This document shows positions 21,417 to 31,555 of a DNA stretch of 64,000 nt, in pieces (the stretch's first letter is position 1; every line of letters begins with the position of its first letter). Below the pieces are notes generated by a model. It searched no databases. It saw only the letters and a list, made by a program, of their open reading frames with translations, and was not told where the DNA came from. The position numbers were made by a program, and so were the translations under genes. Where the stretch lies: positions 288,001-352,000 of the forward strand of contig CBDBFU010000014.1 of assembly GCA_965205025.1 (NCBI GenBank), in the 5' to 3' direction. Source of the stretch: Candidatus Poribacteria bacterium (GTDB lineage Bacteria > Poribacteria > WGA-4E > WGA-3G).

Positions 21417-23951
21417 TTATTTCTGTATGACCATTCGTCGTGTAGCGGAAAACTCTCCTGCCGAGAGTGTATAGAAATATATTCCACTGGCAACATTTTC
21501 ACCGATTTCATTCTTACCATCCCAATATGCGGCTTTATTACGACTATGATATACTCCTGCAGATTGATTTCCAACATTCAAAGTTCGTACTAACTGACCA
21601 TCAGATGAATAAATGTATACACTAATTTTTGCTGGTTTTGATATCTGGTATGGAATCCAAGTTTCAGGATTGAATGGGTTTGGATAGTTGTTTAGGAGGG
21701 CACTACTTTTTGGTGTTAATGCAGTTAGAAGATGTTCAAGCACAGTAATACCTTTTTGGAATTCAATAGACGGATTCCTATATTTTTGTGCTTGTTCAAT
21801 CCAACTTTTAATTTGGTCAATTGAGAGTAAATTGGTTGGAGAGGAAGCTCTATTTGGGGCGGCATTTTCATTCTCTAATGCTGTAGCAATTAATACAATA
21901 TCAGCAATATCAACAATTCCATCTTGATTAACATCAGCTGCATTTTCGTTATCTTTTGTACCAAATTGTGATGCAACATAAATCATATCCTGAATGTCTA
22001 CAACACCATCACGGTTTACATCTTCTAAGGTATATTGAGTTTCTCGGTTAATATCTCTTTCTGTCCAATCCCATATTAAGGCTGTTCCATCTGCGCTTAG
22101 AGATACCAAGGAATTTCCATCAGCACTGAAAGCAAGATCTCTAATCCCAGTTGTATGTCCTTTGATCGATGGTAGCGGTTCACCTGTAGCAACATCCCAA
22201 AGAAGAATAGTGTCTTCATAACTTCCCGCACTGGCAAGTGTTCTACCGTCAGTACTGAAAGCAAGATTCCTAACTGAACTCGTATGTCCTGTTAAGATAG
22301 ATCGAATCTCACCGGTACCAACATTCCATAGGATCACAGTTTCATCTCTACTTCCACTGGCAAGTATACTGGCATCAGGACTAAATAGCACACTTACCAC
22401 TTCATCAGTATGACCTCTGAATGTATCTATATGGGTTTCACTTTCTACATCCCATAAACGTACTGTTTGATCTTTACTCCCACTTGCAAGTGTTCGACTG
22501 TCATAACTGAATGCAATGGTAGTTAGTCCTGCAGAATGCCCCGAAAGTGTACCTTTATGTGTACGTCCGAGATGCCACAATTGTATTGTTGCCTGACTAC
22601 TTCCGCTTGCTAAGTATCTTCCATTTGGACTAAATGCAATTGAAGCTATACCATATCCTGAGGCACTATTTCCTAAATACCCCCTTAATGTAGTTAGATG
22701 TGTTCCATCATTTACATTCCACAGACGTATTTGCCAACCTGTCTCACTCGCAAGTATAGAACCATCAGGATTGAACGACATTGTCCCGTTACCCCAATAA
22801 CTTTCATACAATGTCGTTTTTAACGTACCCGTAACTGCATCCCATAAACGAATTTCTTCCCTACTACCAATAGCAATTGTGCGATTATCAGGGGAGAGTG
22901 CAAGACTATAGACATAATCATTATGACCAGAAATTGACATTTTTTGAGTACCAGAAACTACATCCCATAGATGTAATTCTCCATTACCACTGGTAATTAG
23001 TATCCGTCCATTTGGACTAAAGGTAATGGATGAGATAGAGTACAAATGTCCAGTAAGTTCAAATTGATATTTCTCATTTTCAACATCCCAAATCCTTAAT
23101 TCTCTTCCTTTAGCAATAGCCAATATTGACCCATCTGGACTAAAAGTAGACTTTGAAGATATTGGTTGCTTTGGGACACCAAGGTAGTCTCCGGTTTCAA
23201 TATCCCATAGATGTGCTCCACTTCGATTATAACCGACTCCAGCGAATGTTCGACCATCAGGGTAGAATATGATCTTTGAAACACCATCTGTGTGTTTTGT
23301 ATAAGTGGTTCTATGAGTTCCTGATGCAACATCCCATAAACGAATAGACTTATCCCAACTCCCTGTCACAAACGTATTTCCATCTGAACTAAATGCCATT
23401 GATGTAATAATACTTGTATGTCCTTCAATAATATGAAGCTGTTCACCTGTTGCAACATCCCAAAAAACTGCATTGTAATCTGAATTGGCACTGACAAGAA
23501 TCTTCCCATCTGGACTGAAAATCACAGGTCCAGCATATCTATTTTCTATTTGAAACTTTTTTATAATTTGCCAATTGGATGTATCCAGTATACGGACATA
23601 TTCATCATCACTAGCATAGGCGAGCATCCTTCCATCTGGACTGAAAGCTATACTATCAATGTATGGATTCTCTTCACGAAGAAGTGATAATTCATTACCA
23701 GTCTGTGCATCATAGATCCAAATTCCAATAGTACTGGCAACAGCAAAGTATTTTCCATGTGGAGAAAACTCTACCTCATATATTCTACCCTTACCAAGTC
23801 GCATTTTTGCGCCATCCGGTAATCCCCAACGCGCATGATTCTGTGCAGATACAACAGATACAAATATGAGAAAAATTAAACTGAATGATAACAAGAATGG
23901 CATCCAAAATTTCCAAATATAGTTTAACTCTGTATTGACCAGATTCTTCAT
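21417..23951 (-). CDS. Secreted WD40-dockerin-CTD protein (paralogue 8, type B2; first gene of the operon)
   Basis: ATG at 23951 follows a GGAG RBS; closest to paralogue 4 by shared motifs. Confidence 0.92.
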   Translation of the reverse strand: MKNLVNTELNYIWKFWMPFLLSFSLIFLIFVSVVSAQNHARWGLPDGAKMRLGKGRIYEVEFSPHGKYFAVASTIGIWIYDAQTGNELSLLREENPYIDSIAFSPDGRMLAYASDDEYVRILDTSNWQIIKKFQIENRYAGPVIFSPDGKILVSANSDYNAVFWDVATGEQLHIIEGHTSIITSMAFSSDGNTFVTGSWDKSIRLWDVASGTHRTTYTKHTDGVSKIIFYPDGRTFAGVGYNRSGAHLWDIETGDYLGVPKQPISSKSTFSPDGSILAIAKGRELRIWDVENEKYQFELTGHLYSISSITFSPNGRILITSGNGELHLWDVVSGTQKMSISGHNDYVYSLALSPDNRTIAIGSREEIRLWDAVTGTLKTTLYESYWGNGTMSFNPDGSILASETGWQIRLWNVNDGTHLTTLRGYLGNSASGYGIASIAFSPNGRYLASGSSQATIQLWHLGRTHKGTLSGHSAGLTTIAFSYDSRTLASGSKDQTVRLWDVESETHIDTFRGHTDEVVSVLFSPDASILASGSRDETVILWNVGTGEIRSILTGHTSSVRNLAFSTDGRTLASAGSYEDTILLWDVATGEPLPSIKGHTTGIRDLAFSADGNSLVSLSADGTALIWDWTERDINRETQYTLEDVNRDGVVDIQDMIYVASQFGTKDNENAADVNQDGIVDIADIVLIATALENENAAPNRASSPTNLLSIDQIKSWIEQAQKYRNPSIEFQKGITVLEHLLTALTPKSSALLNNYPNPFNPETWIPYQISKPAKISVYIYSSDGQLVRTLNVGNQSAGVYHSRNKAAYWDGKNEIGENVASGIYFYTLSAGEFSATRRMVIQK

Positions 23952-24018
23952 AAGATACTCCAATGGATATACATTTACTGATAGAATAGAGAAACTCTTG
24001 ATGTGTTAATGTATCTTT

Positions 24019-24035
24019 AGCAAAAATAATGCCAA
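24019..24035 (-). promoter_or_regulatory. Sigma54 (-24/-12) promoter of the WD40 operon
   Basis: Minus strand reads TTGGCATTATTTTTGCT, i.e. TGGCA...TTGCT with exact GG-N10-GC spacing, about 70 nt upstream of the first start codon. Confidence 0.65.
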
Positions 24036-24286
24036 ATATGAGACTGCGTATTATGATGGTCTATATAAAATCAATACCTATTCTCTCAAAATAACATCAT
24101 TACTGTCCAAAATATGAACACACAGTATAATAGTCTATGTTATACCAATTTTACTTAATTAACTAACATTAATAGCAGATTGGAAAGCCAATTTAGTTTA
24201 GAAGGTATTATATAGGTGTATGTTGAGTATGTACTGGTTGAGGAAATGAAGAAATAGTTTGTTTCTTTGGTTAATTAATGGAGGTT

Positions 24287-24364
24287 ATGTCAGCAAGTAC
24301 AAAAAGGATAGAATTAGGATTTCAAAGCGGATTGAGACTCAGACCTGCACATGAACGTGCATAA
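24287..24364 (+). pseudogene. Short ORF resembling the HPr N-terminus (possible decayed PTS HPr gene)
   Basis: GGAGG RBS then MSASTKRIELGFQSGLRLRPAHERA*; compare the HPr motif GLHxRPA, with His replaced by Arg and two stop codons following. Confidence 0.25.
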
Positions 24365-24491
24365 TAGGAAAGGATGTACAATATCGGGCAGTAATACAAT
24401 CAGTTGTGTACCTGGATGTAAATATGTAATAGAACAAATAGTATATGAAAGGAATACAGTTTTTTAGGTGAGTGGATACTGAAATGAAATG

Positions 24492-24530
24492 TAAAGGCAT
24501 GGATAATATTCTCAATTATCCATGCCTTTA
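24492..24530 (-). terminator. Hairpin terminator downstream of the YWTD gene
   Basis: Perfect 16-bp stem TAAAGGCATGGATAAT / ATTATCCATGCCTTTA, 15 nt after the stop codon; weak U-tract. Confidence 0.7.
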
Positions 24531-24545
24531 GTTTGTATACTGACT

Positions 24546-27500
24546 CTACTTCAAAATTAACATTTTTCGCGTCGAAGTGAAATCGCCTGCTGTCAGTGTA
24601 TAAAAATACACACCACTCGCAACCGGTTCACCGAGCGTGTTTTTACCATCCCAATACGCCGCACGACTTTTATCGTGATAGATTCCTGCTGGTTGATGTC
24701 CAAACGATAAGGTACGCACCAAAGATCCATTCACAGAATAAATGGATAGTGTCACCTTTGTAGGTCTTGCTAACTGATAAGGTATCCACGTCTCTGGATT
24801 GAACGGATTCGGGTAATTGGGATGTAAATGCGTTTCGTCTATATGTTCTACAAGCACTGCAGGAGCAGTCACGATTGATGTGTGAGTTTGCACGGTGCCC
24901 AAGACTATATTGGCAGGTGCACTTAAGCCCATGACAATATTTTGGATGTTCTCCCCGTTAAGACTGGCACAATTGATACTACCTGTTTCTGTCCAGTAGA
25001 TTTTCCCACTATTAACATCCACGGCGATCCCTTCTGGAGACTCCAAACCTATGATGAAATCAGTTTCAAAGTTTGAACCATCAAAATTGAGTCGTTGGAC
25101 CTTACCCGAAGAGTTTGTTAAATACAACTTACGATTGGCGGAGTCAATCGCAATACCGCGAGGTACTCTTGATAGGGATTTTACCAATTCTACGTTTGAA
25201 CCGTTGAGGTTAGCACGTTGAATCTTCCCTGTTCCATTGCTTGTTTTCTCTGTCCAATAGAGTTTTCCCCCATCAACATCCAATACGATGTTTTTTGGAG
25301 AATTCAAGCCTGTGATAAAGTTGTTTTCAAAGTTTGAACCGTCAAAATTGAGACGCTGAATCTTTCCCCATGAGTTTATCGTATACAGTTTATCATGTGT
25401 AGTATCAATAGCGATTCCACGCTGAGGCCGCTTTATGGATCGCACAAGTTCTACGTTTGAACCGTTGAGGTTAGCACGTTGAATCTTCCCTGTTTTTTGA
25501 CTCGTTTTTTCTGTCCAGTAGATTTTTCCTCCTGCTACATCCATAGCAACACCAGTTGCATTCTGGACGTTTGGAAGAAGGTTTTCTACTGCAACTCCGT
25601 TGAAGCGGTGGAGCGTGCCGTTTGCTTTGTCTGTCCAATACATTGCCGGATACTGGAACTCAGGCACAGGAGTACTAGGCATATCCCCACCCAAGGCAAG
25701 ACTTCCTGGGGCGAGTAAGCCGGTGACGAGCGTACGGGTTGATGATAGTGGAATGTACCTTTGTTTCGGATTTCCTCTTGTGATCGGAAGGTATCCGCGT
25801 CTGATTTCTCCTATCTCATTCGTCCAATAAACTTTGTTCTCCGTAGTGTCCACGGCAATACCAATAGGTGATTGAATGAAAGACCCAATGCTCTCGACTT
25901 TTTTGCCGTTGAGAGAGGAACGCTTGATACTATCCTTCCCCCACTCAGTCCAATAAAGTTTATCCTCTGCCAGAGCAATTCCACCTATTGCTCTTAAGTC
26001 TGTTGCAAGTGTTTGGATATTTGAGCCATCCATATTTGCGCGTTGAATTCGTCTATCTTCAGTCCAATAAACAATACCTTTTGATACGTCTAAAGCGATA
26101 TGCATTGGAGACTTCAAACCCGTAATTAGGTCGGATTGGAAGTTTGAACCGTCAAAACTCATCCACTGGATTTTCCCCAGCGAATTTGTCACGTAAATCC
26201 TACTATTAGAAGCGTCAATCGCTATACTGCGCGGCACACCTTCAAGAGACTTCACATCTTCAATTTTTGAGCCATCAAAGTTTGCGCGTCGGACCTTACC
26301 AACGTTATTGCCCGTTTTTTCAGTCCAATAAACTTTACCACCTGTCATATCCACAGTAAGGCTTGTTACATTTTGGGCACTGGGTACAAAACGTTCTATA
26401 ACCGACCCGGCCAGTTGATGGAGTGTACCCATCTGCGTATTAATCCAATACATTGGAGGACGAAAGGATTCAGGTAGAACTGGACGAGGAATATATACTA
26501 AGGCGAGATCCTTTGGTGCAGTCAACCCCTTGATGATATTTCGAACATTCTTACCGTTAGTATCTGATCGTTGAATTTTTCCACGAGAGTTGGTCCAATA
26601 AATTAGAACTTTATGTCCATTAAAGTCATAGTGCATGTTGTCTACACCAATGCTATGCAGCACACTCATTGATGTAACAATTGTCTGAATGTTGTCTCCG
26701 TTGAGATATGCACGTTTTATTCTTCCACTGTTCTCATCCACTTGTTCTGTCCAGAATAGATAGCGTCCCCAAAAGGTAAAATCACCCACCGATTCCGTAG
26801 TAGATACAACAGTTTCAATATTTTTACCATTCAGGTTTGCCCGACGAATGTGTCCCGCTGCCTCTGTCCAATAGACTTTTCCCGCATGTATAGCAAGATT
26901 ATCTGGAGATTCTAACGCAGCGATGAGATTGGGTTCGAAGTTTGAACCATCAATATTGAGACACTGGATTTTACCCGACGAATTCGTTACGTAGATCTTA
27001 TCATAAGAAGTGTCAATCGCAATACCAAGTGGTACACTTGTTAAGGACTTTACTTCTTCAATGTTTGTACCATCAAAGTTTGCGCGTCTGATCCTGCCAG
27101 TTCTACTACCCGTTTTCTCTGTCCAGTAGACTTTACCATCTGCCACATCTATAGCAAGGCTTGTCGCGTTTAGGACACTCGGTACAAAAGGTATTGGTGT
27201 GGCTCCTATCAACCGATACAACGTACCTTCTTCCGTATTAACCCAATACATTTCCGGATGGAGGTGTTTAATTTCCAATTCATTAGAACGACGACCAACA
27301 TTTTGTTTTTGCTTCTCCCATGGAACACTAGAGCCAAACCACGCATCGTAAGTTGCCTGATCAATGAACAATTCCTCAATCGGAATGGCGGAACTGCGGA
27401 TCGACCAGGTGTAAGGATCATCACCATGACTCAGGTACTTACCTTCACTTATAAAGTAAGGAAGAGCATGTCCTCCGCCTGGGGCATTTTTGACAGGAAT

Positions 27501-28319
27501 GTTCACGACCCTCAATATCTCTCGAAGGAACGCTGTAGTTCCCCAACATCCTCCGGTATAATGTGAAAAATGTTCTGCATTCCAAAAGTCAGAATAAAAC
27601 GTTGTCCCAGATACGACACGTGAGACAGGTGTTGCACCACGGTACTGCCAATGGTCTTCGACATTTTTTGCCGTAAACCCACCGGTAAAGTGTTTCATGT
27701 TATAACGACACCAAGTAAGGAGATTCCCTATTGTCCGCAACCTATCCTGGGCAATCATATCGTTATCACTCAGAAACTGAAATGAGAAATCAGGTGGTGC
27801 AGGCATTCCAGAGTAAATTACTTGGTACCCTTCCAAATCATGCCTTCTCCTAAACATTTTACTTCCATCAAGTAATTCCAACAGTTCCTCCTGAGAATAC
27901 GCGGTTAATGACCAGGACACCCACTCTCCAGTCTCAACAGCAAGACTGAATGCGATATGTGCCAAAAACAGAGGCCATGCGTGATCCTTTGATAGCACCG
28001 TCGAGGAGTAGTCATCATCTGCAAGGTCAAGCATATTAGGTGGAGGATCGGTTAACTCAAGGGATTCTCCTCTCCAAACTTTTTGATACATCTCAAGTAA
28101 ATCTGCTTTTTGAGTAGCAGACCAATCACGGTACTCCTTGATTCCATTTGCATCTTCCCACCTGATGGTTTGGGATATAAGAGGATGGTCAGTTAGCCAA
28201 GCCCCAATATCTGGCTCATCGGTTTCTGCGGTTGCTACCAATGGAATCGAAAGGAAGGTCAATCCACATAAAACAATAAAAAGTAATAGCATCTTGCTCA
28301 AAATATAGTTTGTCTTCAT
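24546..28319 (-). CDS. Secreted protein: transglutaminase/papain-like N-terminal domain, three LDL-receptor class B (YWTD) beta-propellers and CTD
   Basis: Signal peptide; GGCWGTT...VNIPV...GHA...HGDD; many K(V/I)YWTE/YVTN repeats in three blocks each starting P.MYW; same CTD; no dockerin. Confidence 0.88.
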   Translation of the reverse strand: MKTNYILSKMLLLFIVLCGLTFLSIPLVATAETDEPDIGAWLTDHPLISQTIRWEDANGIKEYRDWSATQKADLLEMYQKVWRGESLELTDPPPNMLDLADDDYSSTVLSKDHAWPLFLAHIAFSLAVETGEWVSWSLTAYSQEELLELLDGSKMFRRRHDLEGYQVIYSGMPAPPDFSFQFLSDNDMIAQDRLRTIGNLLTWCRYNMKHFTGGFTAKNVEDHWQYRGATPVSRVVSGTTFYSDFWNAEHFSHYTGGCWGTTAFLREILRVVNIPVKNAPGGGHALPYFISEGKYLSHGDDPYTWSIRSSAIPIEELFIDQATYDAWFGSSVPWEKQKQNVGRRSNELEIKHLHPEMYWVNTEEGTLYRLIGATPIPFVPSVLNATSLAIDVADGKVYWTEKTGSRTGRIRRANFDGTNIEEVKSLTSVPLGIAIDTSYDKIYVTNSSGKIQCLNIDGSNFEPNLIAALESPDNLAIHAGKVYWTEAAGHIRRANLNGKNIETVVSTTESVGDFTFWGRYLFWTEQVDENSGRIKRAYLNGDNIQTIVTSMSVLHSIGVDNMHYDFNGHKVLIYWTNSRGKIQRSDTNGKNVRNIIKGLTAPKDLALVYIPRPVLPESFRPPMYWINTQMGTLHQLAGSVIERFVPSAQNVTSLTVDMTGGKVYWTEKTGNNVGKVRRANFDGSKIEDVKSLEGVPRSIAIDASNSRIYVTNSLGKIQWMSFDGSNFQSDLITGLKSPMHIALDVSKGIVYWTEDRRIQRANMDGSNIQTLATDLRAIGGIALAEDKLYWTEWGKDSIKRSSLNGKKVESIGSFIQSPIGIAVDTTENKVYWTNEIGEIRRGYLPITRGNPKQRYIPLSSTRTLVTGLLAPGSLALGGDMPSTPVPEFQYPAMYWTDKANGTLHRFNGVAVENLLPNVQNATGVAMDVAGGKIYWTEKTSQKTGKIQRANLNGSNVELVRSIKRPQRGIAIDTTHDKLYTINSWGKIQRLNFDGSNFENNFITGLNSPKNIVLDVDGGKLYWTEKTSNGTGKIQRANLNGSNVELVKSLSRVPRGIAIDSANRKLYLTNSSGKVQRLNFDGSNFETDFIIGLESPEGIAVDVNSGKIYWTETGSINCASLNGENIQNIVMGLSAPANIVLGTVQTHTSIVTAPAVLVEHIDETHLHPNYPNPFNPETWIPYQLARPTKVTLSIYSVNGSLVRTLSFGHQPAGIYHDKSRAAYWDGKNTLGEPVASGVYFYTLTAGDFTSTRKMLILK

Positions 28320-28495
28320 TTTATTCTCCTTTCTTGTATCCCAATAGAATAAAGGTTAACATAGGTCTAATAAAAGTAACCAAAGAGGGTTATACTATTT
28401 TCTAAACGAACAGTTCTCATTGAACTCATATTGAGTAAAACATCAGGATGTTATATAATCGGGTGACGCAAGAGTTTATTTATGTCCTATTTTTT

Positions 28496-28600
28496 CTAAT
28501 TCATAAGCTGTGAAAGATCAGAGATCGTATTATGTCCAACCCATAATCTGGACAGTTGCAATAACCCCGAAAGCGGTGTAAGATCTGATATAGTGTGCTG
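28496..28600 (-). pseudogene. LRR gene remnant
   Basis: ISDLTPLSGLLQLSRLWVGHNTISDLSQL, i.e. about 1.5 internalin-type repeats, with no complete gene. Confidence 0.55.
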
Positions 28601-29023
28601 AACGTTGAGATCACGCAAACGAACCGCATCCAGTGCACCTTGTTCTTTATTGACCAATGTCCACGGCGTAAAAAAAGTAAGCGTTCTGCTATGGGTATCG
28701 TAATCCTTTCTTGTTGCGTTTGTCAATAACTTCTACTAAAAAACTATCAAGTGGCAAGATTTTCTTCTACTCATTCTTCACTTCAAAAAGTGATTGTATT
28801 AAGGTGATGCATAGTAGATATGGTGTGAAAAGTCACACCATAACTGCTTTTATAGAGTATTTACAACTATGAAAAAACACACCAACAAAAAATAAATAAT
28901 CCTGGTTTTGTTGAAAATACAGTTGACACCCACTACCGGTTTTGCTATTTTTTAGGCTTATTTATCTCCAAACGCACCATTTCCAAAGAAGATGCCAACA
29001 AACCCAACTTAACCCACTCATTG

Positions 29024-29087
29024 ACGATCACTGGAAAGCTTATAAACCTCAGCATTCCAGCTATCCTATGGTCATATGATACTATTT
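29024..29087. repeat. 64-bp exact direct repeat, copy 2
   Basis: Identical to 3523-3586. Confidence 0.9.
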
Positions 29088-31019
29088 TCGGATTAACATC
29101 TTGCGCGTAGCCGTAAACTCCCCCGCTCTCAGTGTGTAAAAATACACACCACTTGCCACGGGTTCACCGAGTGCGTTCTTCCCATCCCAATACGCAGCAC
29201 TGCTCCGGGATTCATAGATACCAACTGCTTGATGTCCTAATTCGAGTCTCCGCACCAATTTCCCATCAGCAGCATAAATAGAGATACTGACATCAGAAGG
29301 TCTTGCTAAATGATAAGGTATCCACGTCTCTGGATTAAATGGGTTTGGATAGTTCGCAAGCAACACTGTTTTGTTCGGATTCAGCGTTGATAAGAGTTGT
29401 TTTAAAACAGCAATACCTTTTCGGAACTCTGGATCTTCCAAATTGAGTTGTTGGGCATAGTTAAGCCACTGTTGAATGTCAACTGCAGTAAGTGTGGATC
29501 TTATTGCATGCACAGAAGGAGCACCCTGTTCAGTGCTGAATGCCTCAGCAACCATTACCAAGTCTAGGATATTTACCTCACCATCACCATTGACATCCTC
29601 CTCTCTATTTTTGACGGTCTGTCCGAAAAGGGAAGCAACCTTTGCCAAATCTAATATGTTTACCTCACCATCACCATTGACATCTTCTAACCTCCGTGCT
29701 GGTTTAATTACTTGCCCATTTTCAACGGTGACAGGAAGACTATTAGCATCATTGCCAGAGAGAACTACTTTAGATAAGGTTAAAGTTGAGGCTTTAACAG
29801 CAAGAACTTCAAATATGATAGTTGCGAGTATTCCATCACCATCGCTGTTTCCAGCAAGTGAAGTTGCGCCAAGCGTTACGCGATTTCCTTTCACAATCGG
29901 AGGAACAAAATATGCACCACTGGGTAGGTAGTCACTATTATTACCAGATACATATCGGAGCGCAGTAGTATCAAATTCCACTGTAGCCTGGTACCCGGTG
30001 ATGCCTTTTCCACCTTCAATGGTAATATTGATGGTCAATTGTTTGCCGACACGCGGAGACTCTATAGGAGAGGGCGAAATTTTGACAACAGCAGGTGCAA
30101 TTGGATCCGGTTTATCCGGAACACCAGCAGTGACTGATTCATAGAGGTAATCAATTGGAGGTAGAGATGTGCTAGCCCCACAAGCCGAGAACGTTTGCGA
30201 TCCATCTCTAACTTCAATATGTACATGTTCCCCTGTAATATTACCTGGTCCTGTATCCCCTTGTATTCCTAAACGATCACCGATCTCGACAGAATCCCCT
30301 ACATCTACATAAAGATGTCGAGCATGAAGATATAAGGTTGTCTTATTATCATGCTCATTATAGATGGCGATAGTATTAAAGTTGCCGCCTGCCCTAATAA
30401 CTTTCCCCGTTGTTAAAGAATAAAATTCTTCGTCGGCTGTCAATTCGCCAGCTACACTTTTGGTTTGGGCATCCCATCCCGAGTGTCCTCCGCGATAACC
30501 GTCGCAGGCATTGTCGTCATTGGGATCACATCCATAACCATTGTAATCATGGTTGGTCTCTGTATGAGGGATATTCCAAAACAAAGCTTCTACTAGGACA
30601 TCCCTTCGGTCAGCTTCTTCAGCAGCACCAATTACTTTACATCCATCCTCGGTAACAGTTTCTGCACTCCAACCCACGAGATTAGCTCCCAAAATTTTCC
30701 ATTCTACTTCATACCATAATAAGTTGTTCCCTCGTTCAGGTCCCTTTTGTATAATGCCTCTTGTGCCATTAGGCACTCTACCTTTCACAGTAGCAGCCCA
30801 GGGAACAGATATGCCGGACACCCATCTTACAATAACTTTGCCGCCTGGTCCTCTATTTTGTGCCACAACCGTATCGCCTTTCTGAAAAGCCTGAGAACTA
30901 TTTGGAACCAATAATCCCCCAAATATAAATATGAAAAAACAGGCAAGACTCATCAAAGAACGTGTTTTAGATTTCAGTTTTTGCTTTGGCCCTATTGATT
31001 TAATAAAAGAACGTATCAT
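29082..31019 (-). CDS. Secreted SH3-like, M23 metallopeptidase, cohesin, dockerin and CTD protein
   Basis: WYEVEW..GWSAE (SH3-like); HSGWD, YLH and HVH zinc motifs; cohesin-like GYQATVEFDTTALRYV...GDGILATIIFEV; 2x EDVNGDGEVNILDL; CTD. Confidence 0.87.
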   Translation of the reverse strand: MIRSFIKSIGPKQKLKSKTRSLMSLACFFIFIFGGLLVPNSSQAFQKGDTVVAQNRGPGGKVIVRWVSGISVPWAATVKGRVPNGTRGIIQKGPERGNNLLWYEVEWKILGANLVGWSAETVTEDGCKVIGAAEEADRRDVLVEALFWNIPHTETNHDYNGYGCDPNDDNACDGYRGGHSGWDAQTKSVAGELTADEEFYSLTTGKVIRAGGNFNTIAIYNEHDNKTTLYLHARHLYVDVGDSVEIGDRLGIQGDTGPGNITGEHVHIEVRDGSQTFSACGASTSLPPIDYLYESVTAGVPDKPDPIAPAVVKISPSPIESPRVGKQLTINITIEGGKGITGYQATVEFDTTALRYVSGNNSDYLPSGAYFVPPIVKGNRVTLGATSLAGNSDGDGILATIIFEVLAVKASTLTLSKVVLSGNDANSLPVTVENGQVIKPARRLEDVNGDGEVNILDLAKVASLFGQTVKNREEDVNGDGEVNILDLVMVAEAFSTEQGAPSVHAIRSTLTAVDIQQWLNYAQQLNLEDPEFRKGIAVLKQLLSTLNPNKTVLLANYPNPFNPETWIPYHLARPSDVSISIYAADGKLVRRLELGHQAVGIYESRSSAAYWDGKNALGEPVASGVYFYTLRAGEFTATRKMLIRK

Positions 31020-31127
31020 AATAGAATCCTCCTTAAATTACGCTTTGTGCTAGATAACTTTTAGTAACCAATCGTTTCACAACAATAAAGGTTTATATGA
31101 ATATCTTTCATTAGTTAAACGGTTCTT

Positions 31128-31555
31128 TAGTCCCGTAGGACCGATATGTTTATAGAAAAACTATTACACACATCTCTTGAGTCCCGTAGGGACGATATGT
31201 TTATAGCACAGAATCCAAACTTCGTGAAAACAACAAACACAATTAGTTAACTAGCACAAGTCGTTTAAATTGAATTTATATATCGCTTGATTTCTGCAAC
31301 AGTAGGAAATAGGCATCGTTCCCACTAGACGATAACAAACACATAACAATGTATTGTAAGCGAGTTTTGAAACCTTGCCTACAATATACTATAGCTTGGA
31401 CAGTTTCATCCTGTTAGGACTTTCAAACAATTTTTGTCCGGACTTTTATATAGTTATAATAACGACTTGCACCAGTTAACTAATTTTTTTCCTTATATTT
31501 TCACAGATTTTAGGTTCTGTCCTATAAACATATCGTCTGGACGGAACTAAAGGGT
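31128..31555. repeat. GTCCCGTAGGGACG-type REP-like repeats (two direct, one inverted)
   Basis: GTCCCGTAGG(G/A)(A/C)CGATATGTTTATAG at about 31130 and 31181, inverted degenerate copy at about 31521; same family at 40955-41030 and 50692. Confidence 0.6.

Noticed and set aside
3581-23951. Integron cassette array
   Set aside because: Most spacers are 8-11 nt, with no attC-like structures and no integrase; the pattern fits tandem duplication.
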